From Pseudomonadota bacterium (GTDB taxonomy: Bacteria; Pseudomonadota; Gammaproteobacteria; Burkholderiales; Burkholderiaceae_C), in the NCBI GenBank assembly GCA_046045865.1, contig JBJOKY010000001.1, positions 1 through 44,551 on the forward strand: a stretch of DNA of 44,551 nt, read 5' to 3'. The translations under genes and the position numbers were made by a program. This document shows, piece after piece, positions 37,921 through 44,551 of the stretch. Under the pieces are notes generated by a model. That model saw only the letters and a list, made by a program, of their open reading frames with translations. It was not told the origin of the DNA and did no database searches. Position 1 is the first letter of the stretch, and every line of letters begins with the position of its first letter.

Positions 37921-39162
37921 GTGACTGACGCTGCCCCGGCGGTGGCTGCGGCTGCCGCCGCCGCCGTCGGCCCGAAGGCCGGCACCACCGGGCGCCACTT
38001 CTGGCGCGACCTGTCGCTGCCCGCCGTCGTCGCCGGCTTCGTTGCCGTGCTGGTGGGCTACACCAGCTCGGTCGTCATCGTCTTTCAAGCGGCGCAGGCG
38101 TTGGGTGCCACGCCGGCCCAGCTCGTGTCCTGGCTGCTGGTGCTGGGCCTGGGCATGGCGGCCAGCAGCATCGGTCTGAGCTTGCACTACCGCCAGCCGG
38201 TGCTCACCGCCTGGTCGACGCCCGGCGCGGCGCTGATCGCCACCGCGGCCACCGGCATGAGCCTGGGCGAGGGCATCGGCGCCTTCGTCGTCTGTGGCGC
38301 GCTCGTCACCCTGGCCGGCGTGACCGGGCTGTTCGAGCGGGTGATGGCCAGGATCCCGCAGCCCATCGCCGCGGCCCTGCTTGCCGGCGTGCTGACGCGT
38401 TTTGCGCTCGATGCCTTCGGCGCGCTGCGCAGCGATTTCGCGCTGGTGGGCGGCATGCTGCTGGTCTACCTGCTCGGCCGTCGCCTGTGGCCGCGCTACG
38501 CCGTGCCCGGCGTGCTGCTGGCCGGTCTGGCTATCGCAGCGCTGCAGGGCCAGCTGCACCTGGGCGCCATGCAGGCGCACTGGCCCGCGCCGGTGTGGAC
38601 CCCACCCGAGTTCAGCCTGCGCGCCCTGGTCGGCCTGGCGCTGCCGCTCTTCGTCGTCACCATGGCCTCGCAGAATCTGCCGGGTGTGGCGGCGCAGCGC
38701 GCGGCGGGCTACGACACGCCGGTGTCGCCCGCCATCACCGCCACGGGCGTGGTGAACCTGCTGCTCGCACCCTTTGGCGGCTACAGCTACAACCTCGCGG
38801 CGATCACCGCCTCCATCTGCATGGGCCGCGAGGCGCATGAAGACCCGGCGCGGCGCTACACCGCCGCCGTCATGGCCGGGGTGTTCTATCTGCTCATGGC
38901 GCTGGCCGGCGGCGCGGTGGTCGGGCTGCTGGCGGTGTTCCCGAAGGCGCTGGTGCTGGCCGTCGCCGGGCTGGCGCTGCTGGGCACCATAGCCGGCGGC
39001 CTGGCCACGGCGCTGGGCGAGCTGAAGTGGCGCGAGCCCGCGCTCATCACCTACCTCGTCACGCTCAGCGGCGTGGCCCTGCTGGGCATCGGCTCGGCCT
39101 TCTGGGGCGTGGTCGCCGGCAGCCTGGCGGTCGCTGTGCAACACTGGCGCGCACCCCGCTGA
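37921..39162 (+). CDS. benE: BenE family benzoate/H+ symporter
   Basis: AGFVAVLVGYTSS, PVLTAWSTPGAAL, VTMASQNLPG, NLAAITA.IC and GIGSAFWG. Confidence 0.9.
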   Translation: MTDAAPAVAAAAAAAVGPKAGTTGRHFWRDLSLPAVVAGFVAVLVGYTSSVVIVFQAAQALGATPAQLVSWLLVLGLGMAASSIGLSLHYRQPVLTAWSTPGAALIATAATGMSLGEGIGAFVVCGALVTLAGVTGLFERVMARIPQPIAAALLAGVLTRFALDAFGALRSDFALVGGMLLVYLLGRRLWPRYAVPGVLLAGLAIAALQGQLHLGAMQAHWPAPVWTPPEFSLRALVGLALPLFVVTMASQNLPGVAAQRAAGYDTPVSPAITATGVVNLLLAPFGGYSYNLAAITASICMGREAHEDPARRYTAAVMAGVFYLLMALAGGAVVGLLAVFPKALVLAVAGLALLGTIAGGLATALGELKWREPALITYLVTLSGVALLGIGSAFWGVVAGSLAVAVQHWRAPR

Positions 39163-39202
39163 GCGGGTCTTACTTCTACTGCTCCAACCCAGCTGCTGCC
39201 TC

Positions 39203-40180
39203 ATGGACATCCTGTTCGTCGCCGACCCGCTCGATACCTTCAAGACCTACAAGGACAGCACCTTCGCCATGATGCGCGAGGCCGCCCGGCGCGGCCACGG
39301 CCTCATCGCCTGCGAGCCGCAGCAGCTCATCTGGCAACGCGGTGGGCGCGTCACCGCCAAGGGCGCGCGGCGCATCACGCTCAACCCGGCGCACGATCCG
39401 CACGCGCACGACCACAGCCCGTGGTACCTGGTGGCCGACACCGCGGACACGGCCCTGGCCGATGTCGGCGCGGTCATCATGCGCAAGGATCCGCCCTTCG
39501 ATTCCGAATACTTCTACGCCACCCACCTGCTGGGCCAGGCCGAACGTGAAGGCGCGAAGGTCTTCAACAAGGCCGCCGCGCTGCGCGACCACCCGGAAAA
39601 ACTCGCCATCCTCGAGTTCCCCGAACACATCGCGCCCACCCTGGTGACGCGCGACGCCGCGGCCATCCGCGCCTTCCACGCCGAACACGGCGACATCATC
39701 CTGAAACCGCTCGACGGCATGGGCGGCACCGGCATCTTCCGCGTCGGCGCCGACGGCCTGAACCTCGGCGCCATCATCGAGACGCTCAACCAGAACGGCG
39801 CCGTCAGCGTGATGGTGCAGCGCTACCTGCCCGAGATCGCCCTGGGCGACCGCCGCGTGCTCGTCATCGGCGGCAAGCCGGTGCCCTTCGTGCTGGCGCG
39901 CATCCCCCAGGGCGGTGAAGTGCGCGGCAACCTGGCCGCCGGCGGCAAGGGTGTGGCCATGCCCATCTCGGCACGCGAACGCGAGATCGCCGAAGCCCTG
40001 GGCCCGACCCTGGCCGCCCGCGGCCTGCTGCTGGTGGGGCTGGACGTGATCGGCAACTGCCTCACCGAGATCAACGTCACCAGCCCGACGTGTTTCCAGG
40101 AAATCACCGATCAGACGGGGTGTGATGTGGCGGGGATCTTTGTGGATGCGTTAGAGGCGGGGGTGGCTGCACAGGGCTGA
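39203..40180 (+). CDS. gshB: Glutathione synthetase
   Basis: [32 protein letters not shown] and TEINVTSPT. Confidence 0.97.
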   Translation: MDILFVADPLDTFKTYKDSTFAMMREAARRGHGLIACEPQQLIWQRGGRVTAKGARRITLNPAHDPHAHDHSPWYLVADTADTALADVGAVIMRKDPPFDSEYFYATHLLGQAEREGAKVFNKAAALRDHPEKLAILEFPEHIAPTLVTRDAAAIRAFHAEHGDIILKPLDGMGGTGIFRVGADGLNLGAIIETLNQNGAVSVMVQRYLPEIALGDRRVLVIGGKPVPFVLARIPQGGEVRGNLAAGGKGVAMPISAREREIAEALGPTLAARGLLLVGLDVIGNCLTEINVTSPTCFQEITDQTGCDVAGIFVDALEAGVAAQG

Positions 40181-40223
40181 GCGGTCCAGGAACTGGCATC
40201 GCGACCAGCCACGTCAATATGCC

Positions 40224-40615
40224 TTGAGATCACAGCCTGCGATCTCAAACACCGAAGGCCGCGACGGCCGGCGAACTGCGCCTTATGCCTTCACGGAGCA
40301 GGGTGTGGCGATGCTCTCCTCCGTGCCGGGCAGCACGCGCGCCATCGCCGTCAACATCGAGATCATGCGCACCTTCGTGCGTGTGCGTCACCTCGCCGCC
40401 ACGCACGTCGAACTGGCCAAGCGGCTGACCGAGTTCGAAGACAAGACCGAGGCACTGGCGATTTGCCACGATGCCTCAGCCGCAACACCCGCAACCAACT
40501 CAAGCAGGTGTTCGACGCGTTGCGCGAACTCATGATGCCGCCCGAGCCACCCAAGCGGCCGATCGGGTGGCTCATCACGTCGGAAGACACGGGCAAGAAG
40601 GATTCAGGGGCATGA
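40224..40615 (+). pseudogene. ORF6N-domain DNA-binding protein remnant, 5'-truncated and frameshifted
   Basis: [18 protein letters not shown]...[13 protein letters not shown] in one frame. After about 40476 the homology continues in another frame: [32 protein letters not shown] at 40613. Confidence 0.8.
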
Positions 40616-40718
40616 GCCTGGCGCCATTCAAGCCAATGCGACACCTTGTACTCAATTCGCCGCCGTCTGATTGCGTTGAGAGTGGAGGCAATAAGCTCTA
40701 GCAATAAAGTCCACTGCA

Positions 40719-41286
40719 TTAAAAGCTGAGCTGAAATTTTCTCCCAAAATTCGAGAGAATGTCGTCAACGTCAGCCTCCAGGGTTGGTGCATCGCGGTGC
40801 TTGGCGGCCATCCAGGTGTATTTCATCTTGTGCCACAGACGTTCAATCCGATTGAGTTCCGGGCTGTATGGCGGAAGAAAATACAGAGTCAATCCTCGTG
40901 CCTCTAGCAGTTTCAAGATCGGCTTGATGGCCTTGGATTTGTGGATCGAGGCGTTGTCGAGAATAACCGTCAGTGGTTTCCCGACATGGTCTTGCAGCAG
41001 CCCGAGAAATCCAGCAAAGGCATCGCCCGTGGTCGTTTGCCAAAACTTGGCACTGAAGAGTTCACCCGTCGAGATCATGGCGCCCAGCACGTTCAGACGC
41101 TTGCCGCGCTTGGCTTCGATGAGGTGGCGTTGCCCCTTGTGTGCCCAGGCGCTACGGTTGGGGTGGATCTGAGAAAAGCCGGCCTCGTCGACATAGGCCA
41201 AGACGATGTCACCTGCAGCAGCCTTGGTCCTGAGTGCGTCGACCTCCACTTTCGCAGCTCTGAAGGCTAGCTCGTTTCGACTTTTT
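40719..41286 (-). CDS. IS630 transposase catalytic part (orfB), reached by a -1 frameshift
   Basis: DDE motifs YVDEAGF, ILDNASIHK and LPPYSPELNRIERLW. Confidence 0.85.
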
Positions 41287-41716
41287 CTAAAGACGTGCGC
41301 GTACGCTTCCACACCATGCCCGCTGCCTTGATCCTGCCCTTGATCGTGTTCAGGTGCACGGGCGTGCCACCATCTGCGACATGCTTGGCAAGCAACTCCC
41401 TGGCCGTAAGGGGTTCGGCCTCGGCGGCAGCGACGATCTTGTCGAGTTGTTCTGGCGACACTTTTCTTGGCGCGCCACAGCGCGGAGCATCGACCAGACA
41501 ATCCAGGCCAGTCTTGAACCACGCTCTGCGGGTGCTGCCCACTGTGCGGACATGAATATCGACAAGCCGCGCCACATCGGCCGCGGACCAGCCATCATCC
41601 AGGAGAATCAAGGTCTGCGCTCGTTGGCGCTGCCGCCAGTCAGCGCCTTTTTGAATGACTTCTTCGAGCGTTTTGCGGCACTCCGGGCCAAGATCGATTA
41701 GATATTTGATCGGCAT
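41267..41716 (-). CDS. IS630 transposase N-terminal HTH part (orfA)
   Basis: RQRAQTLILLDDGWSAADVARLV...VRTV...GL..LVDAPRCGAPRK...WKRTRTSL. Confidence 0.85.
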   Translation of the reverse strand: MPIKYLIDLGPECRKTLEEVIQKGADWRQRQRAQTLILLDDGWSAADVARLVDIHVRTVGSTRRAWFKTGLDCLVDAPRCGAPRKVSPEQLDKIVAAAEAEPLTARELLAKHVADGGTPVHLNTIKGRIKAAGMVWKRTRTSLEKVETS

Positions 41717-42038
41717 AAATCCGCATCTGATGTGCAATGCGGTATATCATATCTCGGATCCTGCATGCGATGTTGAAATCCACCAAAAATTTTGGATTTA
41801 ATAGACTGAAACTTATTTTCTATGGCTTACGAAACATATCGACCACAACGGCATCAATAAGCTCTTCACAACAAGTTTGATGCATCATGAATGTGACTAA
41901 GTCATTGATTAGACTGACATTTGCTGTCGAAGATGTGTAGGAAACTTCTTTGCATGAGCTTACGCGACGTCGGCCAGTCTTTATCTTGATCAATTTCTCA
42001 GAATGCGTCTTGCGAAGTACCATTATATTATCCAGTGA

Positions 42039-42869
42039 TTACTTGGTGAAACTGCGTGCAATTAATCTACATACAGTAAATTGATCCCAGATAGGCAATT
42101 TTTCGGGTGATTTATTGAACTTTCCAGAATATTTGTATGTATTTATGGTAACATCAAATGTTAAGAGCTTGCCTGTAGGGTCTGGTATCCCTTGTTGTAA
42201 GTATATTGGAGTCAATATTAACAAATACGACTTCTTGTTATATTGGAATGGCCGTACGTATGCCCCATCAATCAAGATTATTTCGTGATCTGGCCCAGAA
42301 TATTTCCTGCGCAATGATTCTTTCGACACGTTTATCGGTATATGTGCTTGCACCCCGCGGATAATCCAAAGGATTTCAGCATGGCGGTCCTCGCCATAGT
42401 GAAGCGGCCCGTATCCGGGGGTAAAGCCGGTCTTTAGTACAGTGTCAATTTTCCCATCGTTGTCAAAGTCGAAATAAGCAAACAACATTGGGTTGGGGCC
42501 ATTTCCAGGCTGATCTATCCCTACCTGTGCATCGGCAATCAGATATCGCCCTTCTGTCCAAGAAATCGCCGCAAACTCATTCGTATCTGGCCACTTCGAA
42601 AGCGCTAGATCTTGTATTATGCTTGAGTTCGGTGCTATACCATCTTGGCGTTTGAATGCGAAGACGCCGTTTTCTGAATATGCTGACTCATCTAGTATTT
42701 CGCCGAGTTGCCACATGTCTTGAAAGCTTCTATTTAATGTGGCCTCCATATGATGGCATACCTCTCCACCAAGATTGCTCTCCAATGAATATTGAAAGAG
42801 ATCCTTGGCGATGATTGGCGTCGGCATTGCAAGAACCATCAGCGATATATAGGAGGAAATTATTTTCAT
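42039..42869 (-). CDS. Low-GC hypothetical exported protein
   Basis: Long AT-rich ORF. Signal-like MKIISSYISLMVLAMPTPIIA. DFDNDGKID Ca-binding-like loop. The start could extend to 42965. Confidence 0.7.
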   Translation of the reverse strand: MKIISSYISLMVLAMPTPIIAKDLFQYSLESNLGGEVCHHMEATLNRSFQDMWQLGEILDESAYSENGVFAFKRQDGIAPNSSIIQDLALSKWPDTNEFAAISWTEGRYLIADAQVGIDQPGNGPNPMLFAYFDFDNDGKIDTVLKTGFTPGYGPLHYGEDRHAEILWIIRGVQAHIPINVSKESLRRKYSGPDHEIILIDGAYVRPFQYNKKSYLLILTPIYLQQGIPDPTGKLLTFDVTINTYKYSGKFNKSPEKLPIWDQFTVCRLIARSFTK

Positions 42870-43093
42870 GGCGATTTGTGCCGGAATCGCAACTCTCATT
42901 TGTCGCTCATGTTTGTAGGATGTCGGCGCGCCTAGTATTGAATGGTAGAGGGTCAGTGCTTTCAAGGTGATTCAAAAAATCCAATGAAATCAATGACTTA
43001 GAAGTTGGTCTTTTGTGTCTATTTGTATCAATTTTTACTCTTCTTTCTTCTTGCATGCTCGCAACGCACTCGCTCAGCAAAATCAAGCACTTA

Positions 43094-44228
43094 GGGAAAC
43101 GCTGATCAATTCGGCCCGATTCCTGCATGCTTGAACAGCCATGAAACACCGCCCGCAGCCCCTCAAGCAGCTGAGCTTCGCCAGCTACGAGTTCGCGCAG
43201 AAAAAGCGCGTGACCCGGCGCGAGAAGTTCCTGGGCGAGATGGAGCAAGTCGTGCCGTGGGCTGCAGCAGTGGTTCGGATTGGCGGACCTGACCCTCGAA
43301 GACGCGTTGTACGACAGCCAATCGATGCGCGAGTTTGTCGGCATCGACCTGGCACGTGAATCGGTGCCTGACGCCACCACGCTGTTGAAGTTTCGTCGTC
43401 TGCTCGAAGACAACGCGTTGACCGTCAAGTTGTTCGACGAGATCAAGGCGCTGCTGGGCGAGCGCGGCTTGCTGCTGCGCGAGGGCACGATGGTGGACGC
43501 CACCATCATCGCCGCACCGCCGTCGACCAAGAACAAGGACAACACCCGCGACCCGGACATGCACCAGACGAAGAAAGGCAACGAGTGGCACTTCGGCATG
43601 AAGGCGCACATCGGCGCCGACGCCGACTCGGGCCTGGTGCACAGCCTGCACACCACCTCGGCCAATGAAAGCGACGTGGCCCATGCCCACGCGGTGCTGC
43701 ACGGCCAAGAAACCAAAGCACACCTGGACGCGGGCTACACCGGCGTAGAAAAACGCGCGGAAATCATCAAGGCACAGGCCGACGGCAAGATCCGCAGCGA
43801 CCTGGAATGGAACGTGGCGACCAAGCGCGGCAAGATCAAGAAAATGCCCGCAGGACCGTTGAAGGAACTGGTGCAGGCCGTCGAGCGCAAGAAGGCGCAG
43901 ATCCGCGCGCGGGTCGAGCACCCCTTCCATATCGTGAAGAACCTGTTCCATTACAAGAAAGTGCGCTACAAGGGTTTGGCCAAGAACACGGCCCAGCTGT
44001 ATAGCCTTTTTGCGTTGGCCAACCTCATGATGGCCAGGAATCGCCTACTCAATTCGGTGCCACAAGGCACTGGTGCGCCCTGATGGGGCAAATGGCCCCA
44101 GAAAGGGGCAAAAACCGGCCTCAAAACCAGGAAATCGAGTCCGAACAGGTTAAATATCTCGCATCATGAAAATCATGCGGCTGGCGGAAAGTGGGCGGGC
44201 TGGATGCATTTATTGTTCAGCGCTTCCC
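43094..44228 (+). mobile_element. IS5-family insertion sequence with an internal deletion
   Basis: Terminal inverted repeats GGGAAACGCTGATCAAT and ATTGTTCAGCGCTTCCC (15/17 match), flanked by TA on both sides. Confidence 0.88.
43141..44083 (+). pseudogene. IS5 transposase with internal deletion and frameshift
   Basis: QLSFA...TRREKFLGEMEQVVPW jumps out of frame directly to LQQWFGLAD. The rest is intact: VDATII, HFGMKAHIGAD, DAGY, RARVEHPF. Confidence 0.88.
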
Positions 44229-44255
44229 TATGAATACTGTCTGCGTAAGTCCTAT

Positions 44256-44526
44256 CTATCCTTGTAATATCGTCGCGGCGGGGCAGTACTGGCGGATGAA
44301 CTTCGGCGTGGCCCGGCATCGATTCGGCTGCCTGCACCATGGCCAGACGCTGGCGTTCCAGCATTTTGTCGGCCGTGTCACCGCCGCGCAGGTCGGCCAG
44401 CGGGTCGCAGCGTTCGGGCCAGTTGTGCTGGCCGATGTGCACGGCCAGCCAGCTGGCTGGGCCGAACAGGTCGTTGTTGGCGGCGACCAGGCGGCCGTGG
44501 CGCCTGAAGTGGTCGATCTTGTACTG
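44256..44526 (-). pseudogene. C-terminal fragment of a tryptophan-halogenase-family flavoprotein
   Basis: QYKIDHFRRHGRL....DLF...SWLAVHIGQ..WPERCDPLAD...MPGHAE, then frameshifted FIRQYCPA. Upstream of 44526 the sequence is AT-rich and does not look homologous. Confidence 0.72.
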
Positions 44527-44551
44527 AACCGCAATATGCGCAATCAACTCA

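Larger units (their letters stand above)
40692..41829 (-). mobile_element. IS630-family insertion sequence; coordinates include the flanking TA dinucleotides
   Basis: Imperfect terminal inverted repeats TAAGCTCTAGCAATAAAGT.. and TAAGCCATAGAAAATAAGT.. (reverse complement), TA at both ends, two overlapping transposase ORFs. Confidence 0.85.

Noticed and set aside
40689-41865. 11-bp direct repeat CAATAAGCTCT at 40689 and 41855 as a target-site duplication
   Set aside because: The left copy overlaps the IS inverted repeat, and IS630 duplicates TA. The TIR-defined ends explain the element better.
40692-44228. IS630 and IS5 as a composite transposon carrying the low-GC gene
   Set aside because: They are different IS families with unrelated ends and cannot be moved as one unit by a single transposase.

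Overview
High-GC (roughly 70% by eye) betaproteobacterial chromosome segment. Gene content suggests Burkholderiales, probably the Rubrivivax/Leptothrix/Sphaerotilus group (inference). Housekeeping genes: a cNMP-CBS-DUF294 protein cut by the left edge, topB, a SET-domain gene, birA, corA, hpf, rsmA-surA-lptD, amgK, benE and gshB. Three accessory blocks stand out. (1) 7.9-17.9 kb: two convergent, tightly packed operons, each with a candidate sigma54 promoter. One encodes an ammonium transporter with no glnK partner plus an unknown Pro/Tyr-rich protein. The other encodes bactofilin, a TPR protein, a receiver-like protein with a long disordered linker, an MglA-type small GTPase, two roadblock/MglB-type proteins, a stand-alone Aer-type PAS protein, a signal-peptide-less PhnD-fold binding protein and a short FimV-like protein. 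This is the best candidate for an undescribed system: a nutrient/redox-sensing G-protein polarity module. (2) 22.9-29.3 kb: a B12-binding CarH/LitR-type MerR photoregulator divergent from a ufaD/ufaO/ufaM-like (furan fatty acid) operon, with CarH-type operator repeats, one copy lying inside the regulator gene. (3) From about 40.1 kb: a lower-GC decaying island with an ORF6N remnant, an IS630 element, a foreign exported protein, an internally deleted IS5 element and a tryptophan-halogenase fragment. No tRNA, rRNA or CRISPR array was seen. All family calls are from motif recognition by eye; no searches were run.
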